This document shows, piece by piece, positions 37,231 through 50,699 of a stretch of DNA of 64,000 bases (position 1 is the stretch's first letter; the number at the start of each line of letters is the position of its first letter). Origin of the DNA: Marsupella aquatica (Eukaryota; Plantae; Marchantiophyta). Location: the NCBI GenBank assembly GCA_973895155.1, contig OZ316893.1:6472963-6536962 (forward strand), written 5' to 3'. A model generated the notes under the pieces. The model was not told the origin of the DNA. It did not search any database and saw only the letters and a list, made by a program, of their open reading frames with translations. The translations under genes were made by a program, and so were the position numbers.

Positions 37231-38702
37231 TGATTTTTTTCGCTTCCCTTGAGATGCCGAAAGCTTCCCTCAAAACTACTTCCTTTGTAAAGTGCATCCT
37301 GGTTCTCCAATTTTCCCAGAGTTTTTCTCTCTAGCTCTTTTCCTAGTTCTTTTCCCGGAGCCCGGCATTGAGTGGTGTTGGAGGATTGAATGCTTGCTTC
37401 AGAAACATTTGTGACGACAGCGTCGGGGTGCCCCGGTGATAGGGGTGGAGCCAATCGTGACATGGGAGCCGTTCGGGCTAAGGGAAACAAGGATTTGGGG
37501 GATAATTGTCGGATAATTATCATGTACGTGAGAATTTTTGCGACGGTTTTCTTGGGTGGTCTGGCTGTGGGCATTTGATCGTGTTACCGGGATTTTTCTT
37601 TGGGCCAAAGAGTGAATTGTGATACGATTGAAGGAAGGAACTCGTGTGAGCCGAATGTGAATGAGCTCGTCATTGGAAAGACTGGAGTTCAGTAGGGCCC
37701 GTATTCGTAGATACAAGGCCGCTTACCGGGACTATGTTGCATCGCGGATTGCTGAAGAGAGGGGGGAGAGACATACAGCCCAAGGTAGGACTTGGAACGT
37801 GGAGGCAAGATTAGAGTTCCGTACGGAGGGGATATACTTTCATTGCACACAAAAATTGATTCCCAATACGGAGCTGGCCAAGCTATTGTTCCTGGACAAC
37901 CAAGATTTCACTTTTCAGCCAACGGAGCCACCGGGGATACTTACGTTGGAACAGCTGGCTGGAGTTGTGAGAGATCCCACCTCCGTGACCAACATTCCCC
38001 TTTCATCATTCAAGGAACCAGCTTTCAAGGGGTTGGTGGCCAAGATACACCAACGAGTGCTTGGCCGAGGGCAATCTGGAATGGTGAGTGGAGATCAATT
38101 GGCTATTGCCAATGACATCAAACCTCACCCAAGTCACACTTACGGATGGTGGTACTTTGGGCTGAAGAAAACGTTGGCCATGGATCCTAAAAGTGTGAAG
38201 TCCGGAGGAAGCGTGCATTTGATGGTGTCATTCCTCTTGGCCAGGTCAGAGGGGCTCCTCCCCTCTCCGGAGACTGAAGAAGCGGTGCCACCCTTCACCA
38301 CGGAAATACGGAGGATTGCAACTACCATCTTGGGTAGTCTCGCAAAGGAATCACCTTCTGAACCAACAGCCAAAATCACTACCGAAGAGGACCCGGATGA
38401 AGCCACAAAATCGGCCTCGCCAAGAGCGAAACCTGCAGGAATTGGCTTGTGCAAAGGGGTTTCTTGGGTTTAGGGAGCCATGGGACGCACCACAGAAACC
38501 TTGCAGACAAGCAGCCAGGCCTTGAAGGAAGTAATAAAGGCTAAGGAGGTGATCATCCCGGAGCAAGGTAAACAACTTACAGAGGCACAGGTTCAGATTT
38601 CTCAGTTACACGGAGCCTTGTCTACCAAGGCTAAGGAAGCATTAGAGGTGGGGGCTTTGAGGGAAGAATTGGCCAAGCTCAAGTAGAGCACCGGTGAGGT
38701 GG

Positions 38703-40493
38703 AACACGATTTCGGACCGACCGAGAAGTGTGTCAGAGTTCTCGTTTAGCCCGATCCCGTTTTTTTTCTAACGCAATGCAATGACCGATAAAACTGGCAA
38801 AAACTCTCCGAAACGCCACTTTCCTCCATTGCATCGCCGCGGGAATGCAGGGAGCGATACGTGCATCGGGTTTTACATTCCGTCAGTGAAAATGTCCGAA
38901 CTGCGAGTAACTTGGTCCGAACCACGTAATCCAGGAACGACCACGCACTAACCCAGGTAAAGGGGAAACTTAACCATGGTTAAGGGGAAATTAACCATGG
39001 TTTAGAGCGTCCCCTATATAAAGAGGAGCGGGCTGCCCATAAAACGTTTGCTTTTGCCAGAGTAAATATCTCCTGACTGAGAGCGAATACCAAACTCCCA
39101 TCGAGTCTTACATTCCTCCCAAGCGATTCGACTCTTTCTACCGAAAACCCGATAAATTTATCGGAACAGCCATTCCTGTTCAAGTTCTCCATGTAAGACT
39201 AACTAGTCATTTAGTGTAAAATGTCCAGATCCGAGCGGACTGTGATAAATTTATCGCATTCTGCATTCCTCTGTTGCAATCATTTGATCCAGTGTTTAGA
39301 GAGGTGTTGCCTTCATTCCGATAAATTTATCGGAGTCTTCATTCCTTTCATGGAAAGAGGAGTAATTGAGAATCCGATAAATTTATCGGAGTTGTCATTT
39401 TTGTGAAAGATTGAATTCAGGGCTTAGGTGTCTGAGGAAGTCATATTTTCAATTCGAATGCGGAGTGCGATAAACTTATCGCATCCTCCTATGCAAAAAA
39501 CTTATCGACGGTGGCCCTTTTATAGTGTCTGTTGAGGGGTTGGCCCACGTGTCCACTTTTGATTGGCTGTCACCCTAAACGACAAAATAGCAGAAATGGG
39601 TATATTTCTTGGATTTCCAATTTCATTCTCACACGTGCATCGTGGCAAAATTATATAGTTTTGAAATTGAAGCGATAAATTTATCTGATGTTGGTATTGC
39701 AAAAGTGGTTCCTTCATATGGAAGTTGCAATTTGAAATTGAAGCGATAAATTTATCTGATGTTGGTATTGCAAAAGTGGTTCCTTCATATGGAAGTTGCA
39801 ATTTTGAAATTGAAGTGATAAATTTATCTGATGTTGGTATTGCGAATAGTTTTCTTCATATGGATAGGAATTTTGAAATTTAACCGATGAACCGAAGGAT
39901 CTTAGTATTGTCGACTAGTATTTTTATCGCCCGTAGTTTTTGCGATAATTTTATCGGACTGCGCATTGCTGTTGAAAGAATGGCATGTTGACTATGGTCA
40001 CTTGCGGAGGTAACTGGTCAATTGCGGAGGTAACTGCAAGGTAAGTTTGACGAACCGTGCAGTAATTCTTATCGACTGTGATGTAAAATATTTTTGGTAA
40101 ATATCCAAAAACTGAGAAAATTGAGATTGGGTCGGAGTTTTCATGGCTCAAATCCGGAGTCCGATACAGTTATCGCACTTGGCTCAAAACGTGGATATGG
40201 ATTTATAGATAAGACCTTTCATATATCTTCGGAGAGCGTGAATATGAGGTTGAGGAGAAAGTTTTTTGGATCTAATTGTTCCTTGATAATATGAATGTTT
40301 GTTAGCATGAATTTCATTGGTTTTGATCATTATTAAATTTGCTGTTTCAATCCGAACTCCGATACAAATTACATTATTTCCCAAAAAATGTGTTTTTGAT
40401 GAAAAAAACTGCCGATTTCGCGAGATTCGGCGGAAAATGAAAATACACTTCTCGTTTAGAGGAAATAGTTCTCGTTCGGTCCAAAATCGTGTT
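38703..40493. mobile_element. Non-autonomous TIR DNA transposon (1,791 bp), superfamily unclear
   Basis: 25-bp TIRs AACACGATTTCGGACCGACCGAGAA / TTCTCGTTCGGTCCAAAATCGTGTT (2 mismatches). 4-bp TSD GTGG (38699-38702, 40494-40497). Excision restores the flanking reading frame. Confidence 0.88.
39660..39880. repeat. ~71-bp tandem repeat x3 inside the TIR element
   Basis: TTGAAATTGAAGYGATAAATTTATCTGATGTTGGTATTGC recurs at ~39661, ~39732 and ~39804. Confidence 0.9.
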
Positions 40494-40639
40494 GTGGAGA
40501 GACTGAAGCGACAAGTTGTGGAGTTACGGGGTCAGGTTGGGCTCCTTGAGACCAGGGCCAAGAGAAACAACATGTTGAGGTTGGGGAAGAGGAAAAGCCC
40601 ATCCTCACCTAGCCCTACTCTCCCCCCTAACTGACTTGG

Positions 40640-42571
40640 TCTCTAAGGATATAGAGGGGATTCCTTGGCATGGTGGGCTACTACCGAAGATTTGTAGAAG
40701 GCTATGCTAAGATTGCTTTGCCCCTAACTAAGTTGTTGAAGAAGGAAGCCCCATTTCAGTGGGGTGACCGACAAGAGGAAGCTTTTAGGGAGCTCAAGGC
40801 CAGGATGGTTAAGGCACCTATGATGGCAGCACCCAGATTTGACCGAGAGTTCCAAGTAACTGGAGATGCTTCAGGTTTTTGTATAGGAGTGATACTTTGG
40901 CAGTATGGGGAGAACAAGGAGGAAAGGCCCATCTACTATGCCAGTAGGCAGATGAGCCCAGCTGAGAAGAACTACACCACTACTGAGAGAGAATGCTTGC
41001 CTATTATCTTTGCATGTAAGAAGTTCAGGCACTACCTACTTGGCTATGATGTGGTTTTCCATACTGATCATGATGCCATCAAGCATTTGGTGAACAAAGC
41101 TGATTTATCAGGGAGAGTTGCTAGGTGGGTCATGTTGCTCCAGGAGTTTCAATACCAAATCAAGGTAAAGCCTGGGATGGGGAACAAGAATGTGGACTAC
41201 CTATCCCGGTTGGAGGAAAAAGAGGTGAGCAACTCCATTGTTGCTGTTTTTCCAGATGAGCATTTTTTTACCATTTCAGAGGAGGAGGATGAATATGCTG
41301 AGATTCGAAGGTACCTAAAGGAGGGAGTGATTCCACTAGGGAATACTCAGAAGCAAAGAATTTTTGTGGTCAAGACAGGACCATACACATTGATCAAAGA
41401 TATATTAATTAAGCTTGGCCAGATGACAGGTTGAGGAGATGTGTGAGCAAGAAGGACATCCTGAAAATTATGCACACATTTCACTCAGGAGAGGAGGGAG
41501 GTCACTTTGGGGTACAAACCACCATTAAGAAGATCCGGACTGCAGGCTATTGGTGGCCTACTCTTCACAAGGATGTGCACAAGTACATCAGGAGTTGTGA
41601 CCCTTGCCAACATTCAGGCAAGCCCTCAGTTAAGGACCACTGGCCTCTCACTCCTATCATTCCTTTGGGCCCTTTTGCCAAATGGGGCATTGACTTTGTT
41701 GGTCCTATCAGTCCAGCCACTCAGTAAGACCTATAGGTACAGGTACATCATCCTTGCTACTGATTATGCTACTAAATGGGTGGAGGCTAAGGCCACTAGG
41801 AAGAATGATGCTGAGACTGCTGGTAAATTCCTGTATGGGAATATTTTGATGAGATTTGGTGCTCCTTGGGAGTTGGTGAGTGATAGGGGTTTGCATTTTA
41901 TTAATGAAGTGATTGAAACCATCACTGAGCAACACCAAATTAGGCATAGGCTCACTACACCCTACAACCCCAAGGCTAATGGCTTGACTGAGAGAGCTAA
42001 TGGAATTGTGTGCACCATTCTAACCAAGATGGTTGCAGCACATAAGTCAGATTGGGATAAGAAGCTTGCTGCAGCTGTTTATGCATACAATACAGGCAGC
42101 TGAGAAGAGCACCACTGGGAAGAGCCCTTACTTCTTGGTATATGGACAGAACCCATTATCAATTGTGGAGTCCGAGTTGAGGACTGATCGCACCATTGAG
42201 GAGCATCCTAGACCAGAGGAGTGGCTAGACAGCAGGTTGGCCATGATTGAGGAGTTGGATGAGGAGAGAGATCGAGATTGCTTTGGAGAGGACTCAATTA
42301 AGCAGTCCAAGAACAAAGGAAAAAGAGGTTTGATAAGAAGATCAAGCATGACCCCGTGGAAGAAGGAGACCTGGTGTTGATGTATGACAGCCGACACCAG
42401 AAGTTCCCAGGGAAGTTGCACACTCGTTGGCTTGGTCCATTTCAAGTGACTTCTATTTTCAAGAATGGTTCTTTGTCTTTGGCTACTCTAGATGGAGAGG
42501 AGTTGCCAACCAAGGTTAATGGTTCTAGAGTGAGAAAGTACTATGATCTAAGGCATTTCTTCAAAGATTGA
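40640..42571 (+). pseudogene. pol: Ty3/Gypsy pol fragment (RT end, RNase H, integrase), frameshifted
   Basis: GMVGYYRRF, GDASG, FHTDH, HHCC (HSGEEGGH...CDPC), WGIDFVG, SDRG, GLTERANG and WLGPF, spread over several frames. Confidence 0.93.
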
Positions 42572-44766
42572 TCTTAGACATAGAGCACTCTCGGGGCATT
42601 CGCACGCTGGTCCTGGGATTATGTGCGCCCCCTTAAAGGTGTCACACAGGGCTGTTAGTTAATTTTTGAGCTTATTAAGCTTATAGTTACTTCTTTCTAT
42701 GTAATTTCAGTGTAGTTGAAGGCTTTAGGCCTTGGTCAACTTTGAACCTAGAAGATTAAGTGAGAAGTTAATAGTGATAATTTTAAGGTAGAGTAGTCTT
42801 TTGTGATATTTTAATCAAATCTTTGTAGGTCATGACAAACTCTCAAATTTTGATGAGTAGATAGATTTTAGATAGAGAAATCTACCCAAGAAAATATCAG
42901 ACAAAATGAACATGTTGTTAGGAAGTTAGGGTCATTTTTGTTTCGCATATTAACACTTTGGTTTTTTGACACTTACAATAGTTTTTTGTTTTTACAACTT
43001 TATACTAAATTAGTATCTTTAGGTATTTTATAGGTAGACTTAGATTAGTCCAAAAAGTCTGAGTTTTTGTGAGGTAATAGATTATAGGTAGAGGAAACGC
43101 ACTGGAAAAATTTCAGCACAAACTGAATTCAGGTTAGATTTTTAAAAATCACAAGGAATAGGCATCTAGTATTTTTGCCGCAAAACCACTAGGCCGCTAA
43201 GTCGTTTGGACGTTTTGTTGCGAGTTAACCAGGGGGTAACCCCTGAGTGAAAAGAGGGGTACTCCTAAAGATGGTACTCTCATGTGGATGAGGGTAGTCA
43301 AAAGAAGAGGAAAGAAGAGGTAGATTAATAAGGAGTAAAAGAAAGAAACAGGAAATTACTTAGTTGGTGATAAGACTGATTGAGGTATGGAGTTAGGTAG
43401 TAGTGAAGACTCCATCAACAATTGATTGATGAGATATGGTGGATTAGGTGGTCATCAGTTGCAAGAAATGAAGTGAAGCAATCGTGGCTTGGAAAGACAA
43501 GTCGAATTGGAGAGATAATGTCGAATCGCACATGGACGATGATTGAATGGAAGTAGGAGCTTGATTAGGAGCTAGTAAGAGAGGGGAACAGTCAGCCCAT
43601 GGTGAGGATTGGATTGGAGTGGATTGGAGTGGCTAAAAAATATTTAAGGATTGGAGTTTCTTGTGTGGGGGGACAGATGCCTGGTTGCTTAGTGAAAACT
43701 TCATCCACATGGAGTGGAAACTAAGATCCACAAGCATTGATCCCATAGTTGGATAGTTGTAGAGAAGTGAGGAAAAGGACCCTGGACAGAGGTTCCATTT
43801 TACCAGGAAAATTTATGATGTTACATAAAGTCTCTTTTTCTTGCATCATTCTTTGCTATGACTCCAATTCTGTAGTTGGCATGAGAACTAAGCTTTAGAA
43901 GGATTGAGTACCTGGATGTTACCTTGTACCCAATCTGATTGATTTTCTGGAGGTTCAGTGAGGAGAGAATATTGTGTTGTGATTTTAGGTTTTCCCTGGT
44001 TCGGGCAGTATACCTGGGCAGCGTATTGGCGATTCCTTATGATGCTTTGGTGTCTCTAGCTGTGGACTTTTGGCAAAACGATTACAGGTTTTCCCTGGTC
44101 ATTGTGTTTGGAGTACTTTAGTAAATCTGAAAGTGCAACCTTCTCACCATGTGTGGTTTGCTGTCCTGATTTGGCTGTTTTGTTGGCCGGAGTTAGTAGA
44201 CACCCCCAGGAGTGACAATCTGAATCTTCAGAGCTGGGAGGTGACAAGAAGTATTGATCTGGTCAAGGGCTGCTGAAACTTGGGTGCTTGAGATTGGGTT
44301 GCAATCAGGTACAATGGGCTCAACCCCTAGTTTTGTTTTGCAAACCAATTTATGGTAGGAGGAGCTGATGTGACCCCAACAACATGGTTTGTTCCAGTGA
44401 GCTTTTAGCAGGGTGATTTCTTACAGGTGTTCCCTGGTCACCTTGTGTAAAGAACTTTAGTAAATTTGGCACTCTCATGAGGAGGGGTCCTTGTGGAGAG
44501 TTAGGTCTTGTTGTTTTGTCGTTGTAGTCTATTGTTTTGAAGTGGAGAAAACTCTCCAGCCTCTTGGAAGATAGAGGTGGGGTTTTGTTTGGTTTCTAAA
44601 AGGTTTGTTCATCCGTCTTCCACTTGCGGTCCCACCCTAAGCTCTTCCATGGGAACGAACTGGTAGAGATAGCAATATCTTTGCTTGGGTTGTGTGCTAC
44701 CCGTGAGTTACCCTCCACAACACTACGCCGAGGGAGGAAAGAGCGATTCAACGGGAGAGAGCTCAT

Positions 44767-47700
44767 TTGCAGCAGCTCGCCGGGTGGCATGATACACAGC
44801 GACTGAGAGGGGCAGAAAGAGCTAGTCACTCCGTAACTGAAAGTGGCGTCGAAGAAGACATACCAGAAGAGGAGTCGGTAGGAAGAAGTGAGTCCCCAAC
44901 CGACATGGGGGAACTAGAGGCACGGCCAGAAGATAGGCCTGGGACCAGACTGAGCCAACGGTTGCGCATTCATTACAAGGCATTTCATGGAAGAGGAGAT
45001 GAGGATCCGGATGAATGGTTGGATGACTTCAAAGGAACCGCTGCAGCAAATGGAGAATCGGCCATCAAGATGCAGATTCTTCCCGGCCTGTTCAAGGGTG
45101 AGGCTAGGCCTTGGTACAGAGCATTGGATGTGGAAGATCAAGCCATCTGGCATACCTTCAACTCATTATTTGTAAAGGAGTTTCGACCCATTGGAACCTC
45201 AGAGCTAGCAGTGCTGAAATTGGGACAACTTTGGTTCAAGGAGAACAAATCCTTCAAAAAGTTCTTGCAACGCTTCCAAAAGCTGGTAAGACGTACAAAG
45301 ACCAATGCATCTGAAGGTATGCAACTTCAATGGTTGGTGAATGCTTTGCCACAGAAGATGAGTTTTGCAATTAGGAAGGAGAACCCAAAGACTTTAGCCG
45401 AGGCAATTAGAGATATTCAATTATACATTAATGCGGACATCACAAGCCGGAAAAAACAGCTCAAGTCTGAGAGTTCCTCATCGGAGGAAGGATCACCCCA
45501 TAAGAAAAAAGATAAGAAAAAGAAACATTCTAAGAAGTCAAGAAGTGATAACTCAAGCTCGGATAGTGGAAGTAGCAAGAGTGAGTCATCTTCTAGTTCT
45601 GAAGAAGAAAAATCTTGGAAAAAGAAGGGTAGAAGGAGGGGGAAGTTGAAAGTCAAGTTAGAAGCTAAAACGCTAGATAACATCGTAGCTCTTACCGAGC
45701 AGCTTAAGGCTATAATAGCATAGGTAAAGCCAAAGAAGAAGGTAGTACTCGAGGATAGCTTTGTATGGTGTGCCTTATGTTATAAAACCGGACATCATAA
45801 AGACGCATGTCCTAAACTTAATACTAGTCATGTTCGACATGTGGCTGAGGTCAGACCATGTCAGGGAGAAGTATAGTACTTTTTAGGGGATGCCGCTGAT
45901 AGTGTTTTTGGCATCAGTGAGACTGGAGCACGAGACCTATCCAACCGACCTGCATCTCTCTGATCAGGATTAAGGAACAACCCGGGAGAAATGTATCCTT
46001 GGATTATTCAGAATCCGTCAGTACCTCCTAGGCCGAATGTGCAATGATTTGCGGCATGCTATAATTGTGGTTAACCTGGCCATTTTGCTAGAGAATGCCC
46101 GAATGCACGCAAACAAGGTGATGGACAACCAGCTCAGCTATGTATGGGATGCCGATAGGAGGGTCACATGCTAGGACAATGTCCTACTTGGTTGGCAGGA
46201 CTTGCCGCAAATCATAAGCTCTTGCTGGTCAAGGTCTTGCCTCCGAGTACTACCCCAGGGCGAGTTCAAATCAACCACATCAAACTCGGATGGCAAGTGG
46301 ATGCCAAGGCAGAGTTTGGACAATCTGATGATGAGGCCGAGGCCCTATCAACATTTTCAGAAGAGGATTTAGATCATGATTGCTATTGGGTCTCTACTCG
46401 ATCCACCAGAAGGAAGGAAAGGTGGGATGGGCTGGCCAAAAATAAGGGGAAGGTTAAAGAAGAAAAGATTGACTCTTCATCAACATCAACAGAAGGAGAA
46501 CGAAGGGCGCCGGCAACACAGGTAAGCCATGAGTCCACCAGTGAGCCCAATCCTTCACAGGACAACGACTTCAATCGAGACCATCCTAAGTTGTTTTACC
46601 CCTCTATTACGGCTAGTGTTAAGGAACAACTGCGAGAATTGGAAACCCTGGAGAATACCGAAGCCATAGCTAAGGATGTGAAACGAGCAAAAGCTAGCGT
46701 TGTTCGCTTCGGAGGATCCAAGGGCTGTGGAAACTAGCGTGAAAAAACAGGCAGAAGCCCATACAGAGACACCGGCAGAAGAGAAGCCGATAGTCCCCTA
46801 TGACTTGGCTAAAGATGTACTAGAATCTAGAGTCTCGGCAACAGTAGGTCAACTATTGAAAAATAGCCTGTACTTTCGGAAGCAGTTAAGAAAGGCCATT
46901 CTCGGCAAGCCGAGATTACCCAAGGTAGCAACCCGATCCGACGTGCTGATGATAGAAGAAGATCAAGGAGCCCTAGCACTACCATTAATGATTCAAGGAG
47001 AAATATTTCTAAGGGTACCCATCGATGGAGGATCAGGGGTATGTATTATGATTGATTCAACAGCAAAAGGATGGGGACTAACGCCGGAGATGACTGGAAG
47101 AGTGTTGAACATGGCCAATGGGTATCAGGTCATTCCCACGGGAGTGTTAACCGGCATCAAGACTGAGATAGGAGGGATCTTCTTTAGCATTAACTATGTA
47201 GTAATGAAGCCGGTAAACCCTACATCATTTCGGCTATTGATTGGCAGGCCATGGCTGTATCTAGCCAAGGTAATAGAGGATTGGGGGAAGAAGGAGTTCA
47301 CTTTTGGAACCCCCGCTATCACGGTATCTTGGGACACCAAGGATGATCGAAGGAGAAGCATCAGGAAGGTAGACGGGTATGACAGTGGACTGGAGTTAGC
47401 AGATGAGGTACATTGGTTAGAATGCCTCACTAACCTCACCGAAGAAAGTATCTTTGAACTAGAGGTATCCCCCAGCGGACTATGGCAAGAACCTATGGCG
47501 AGTGACTTGGAGGAATATGAAGACAAAACCAAGGACTGCTTTGCCATAGAGTCCACCTTTTTAGCTTCAATTTCGGGGGAAGCACAATTAGTGGACCAGT
47601 TGGATGAAACGGCTAAGTGGGGAGCTGCATCCGAGCCAGTGGATTTTCCTCAGGCGTTGTGGCAGAGCCGGCAGGATCCACAACGCCGTCTATCATCGGC

Positions 47701-49787
47701 AATAAAGTAAATACCATGGAATCGGCATACAAGCCGATTACAAGGGCAGAAAAAATTGAGGCCCTATTAGAAGCCAGAAGAGCACAGCGACCTAACCCTT
47801 AGGAGGCAACCAGGAATGGATGAGATACACAGAAACAAGCCAGAGCCGAGGCCGGAAGGGAAGCCGATCACCAATTCAAAACCGAATAGTCCGGCGAGGG
47901 GACACTCTACGGATAACCAGGTAGAAACCGACTCGGCTAGTACGGCCGAGATTCCAGTTTATGGGGGTATGAGACTGGAGAGGCTGGAAGCCGAATTGGA
48001 CCCAAACTTAAAGAAGCAGATTAATATGATCCAAGCACGGCAATACCGAAAGCTCGACTTAGGAGAAGGAAGGGAACTGAACTTGGGACGGGACCTAGCA
48101 CCTGAGCTTGAGAAAGAAATCAGTGAATTACTGATTGAATTTCAGGATGTGTTTGCATGGAGTCACCAAGACCTAAAGGGAGTAGACCCAAAATTAGGAG
48201 AACATCGAATTGATCTCATGTTAGGGCCCAAATCATTTTGACAACCAATTCGAAGGATGAACCCTAAGTATTCCCTGATGGTCAAAACTGAAATCGACAA
48301 ACTAGTGGAATCCGGATTCATCACTCCAGTCCTACATTCAAACTGGGTGTCTCCAATTGTGATAGTTCCCAAGAAAGCTGGACCCGATGGTAAACCCAAG
48401 ATCTGGGTTTGTCAAGATTACAGGAAGTTGAATGAGGCTACGTTAAAGGACCATTTTCCTTTACCCTTTACTAATATGGTACTAGACATGGTAGCCAGTC
48501 ATGAATTATACTCATTCATGGATGGGTACTCTGGTTATAACTAAATCAGGATTAGGCAGGAGGACCAAATCAAGACGGCCTTCATCACGGAATGGGGGAT
48601 CTATGTCTTCAATCGTATGCCGTTTGGGCTTTGCAACGCACCAGCTATGTTCCAACGATTAATGGTGAACATTTTTCATGACTACTTGAGAAAGTTCATG
48701 GAAATCTTCATTGATGACTTTGCAGTATTTGGGAAAGCATCGAAACATGCTAAATACCTAAGGAAGACCTTCATGAGATGTAGAGAGGTAGGTCTCAAGT
48801 TACACCCAGATAAATGTTTCTTTGGAGTAACAGAAGGTGTACTGCTAGGGCACAAAGTATCGAAGAAGGGCATTGAGATTGACAAGGGTAAGCTAGCAGT
48901 ATGGCTTGATATCATGCAACCTAAAAACATAAAATATGTGAGATCCTTCTTGGGGTGCATTGGGTATTATCGCCGGTTCATCAAGGATTTTGCCAAGCTA
49001 GCTTTAGGTACCATTAACCAACATGCTCAAGGCAGGCGCACACTTTGAACCCACAGCAAAAAGAGTAACAGCTGTGGTGGAATTAAAGAAAAAGTTAGTA
49101 GAGGCCCCAGTCATGATAGCACCAGACTGGAACAAGGATTTTCATGTCTTCGTAGATGTCTCAGGCTTCTGTATCGGCTCAGTACTAAGTCAGTTAGATG
49201 AGAAAGGAAGGGATCATCCCATATACTTTGCAAGCCACCAGCTTGCCAATCTCGAACGGAACTACTCCACCACAAAAAGAGAAGCTTTAGGAGTCATTTA
49301 TTCATGTAAAAAGTTTAGGCATTATTTGCTAGGGTACAAGGTAGTCTTTCATACCGATCATGAAAGTTTGAAATACCTAGTAAATAAGCCAGACGTTACA
49401 GGCAGGGTAGCAAGATGGATTTTGTTATTACAGGAATTTGACTATGAGCTAAAAATCAAGTCGGGAAAGCTACACGTCAATGCCGACTTCTTTTCAAGGA
49501 TCACAGGTGAACCTGCCACCGATTGCATCGATGACCGATTTCCCGACGAAGAGCTATTCGTTGTGAAAATAGCTAATACATGGAACCCTGAGATTTTGCA
49601 ATTTCTCAGCACGTCCAGATTACAACCCGGGCTAACCCGAGAACAAGCCGCAGTCTTTCGGCGGAAGGTCAGACAGTATCAGTACATTAAGGGTGTGCTA
49701 CACAGGTATGGAATCAGCGGCACGATTCAAAGGTGTTTGGAGAAGGGAGAGGTAAAATGAGTCTTACGGGCTATACATTTTGCTCCA
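44767..49787 (+). pseudogene. gag-pol: Degenerate Ty3/Gypsy gag-pol, truncated in early integrase by the CACTA insertion
   Basis: Capsid-like YKAFHGRGDEDPDEWL...ARPWY; Ser/Lys-rich linker; knuckle remnants; protease IDGGSGV; RT (PKKAGPDGKPK, DGYSGYN, MPFGL, FIDD); RNase H. Many stops and frameshifts. Confidence 0.93.
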
Positions 49788-50159
49788 CACTAGAAGAAAA
49801 CAGGGCCCTTTATGACCAATCACCCAATGACGGAGATGAATAAATGACCAAAATTTTTAATGACACAAAAAGAATGACAGGGGAATGACTGTCCACAATG
49901 ACCAATGGACTGAAATGACAAAATGTTAACTTTTGCGTCATTTTGTATAATGTCTGTAATGACTGATGTGACCAAAATGACCCAATTTCCCTAAATGGTC
50001 AATTTATACACATGTCTTAAATGACGCAATTAATAACAACAATGATAAATCATTGTTTAACAACATTATAGTCACTCTGGACAATGATTGAAATGACCAA
50101 AAATCTATTTGAGTCATTTTGGACAACGGTGATAAATGACAAAAAATGTATTACCGTCA

Positions 50160-50615
50160 TTTTAACCAACGGTGTTAAATGACAAAATATAGGGTCAATC
50201 TGAAAATGAGAATATATCAATGTTTACAACAACATATTGTCATTATGGACTTCTCCCATAAATGACTAACTCTAGAGTCAATCTTGAAATTAGGACATAT
50301 CAGTGTTTACAAGAACATACCGTCATTATGGACTTCTCTCATAAATGACTAACTCTAGGGTCAATCTTGAAATTAGGACATATCAGTGTTTACAAGAACA
50401 TACCGTCATTATGGACTTCTCTCATAAATGACTAACTCTAGAGTCAAACTTGAAATTAGGATATATCGGTGTTTACAATAATATACTGTCATTATGGACT
50501 TGTTGCATAAATGACTAAATATAGGGTCAATCTAAAAATCATGATATATCAATATTTACAATAACATACAGTCATTATGGACTTATTGCATAAATGACTA
50601 CTTATAGAGTCATTA
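50160..50615. repeat. 83-bp subterminal tandem repeat (~5 copies)
   Basis: GTCATTATGGACTT recurs at 50239, 50322, 50405, 50488 and 50571. Confidence 0.9.
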
Positions 50616-50699
50616 AAGAACCCAAGAGATATGAAGATTAAAATACTCAATAGTCATTCCAGACACCGGTCATAATTGTAGAGTCATTGATATAGTTGA

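Larger units (their letters stand above)
37661..40634 (+). pseudogene. Athila-extra-ORF-like protein with C-terminal coiled coil, interrupted by two TAGs and a DNA-transposon insertion
   Basis: 37661-38473 and 38480-38686 are in frame. After removing 38703-40497 the frame continues STGEVERLKRQVVEL...TLPPN*. Motif IHQRVLGRGQSGMVSGDQLAI. Confidence 0.6.
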
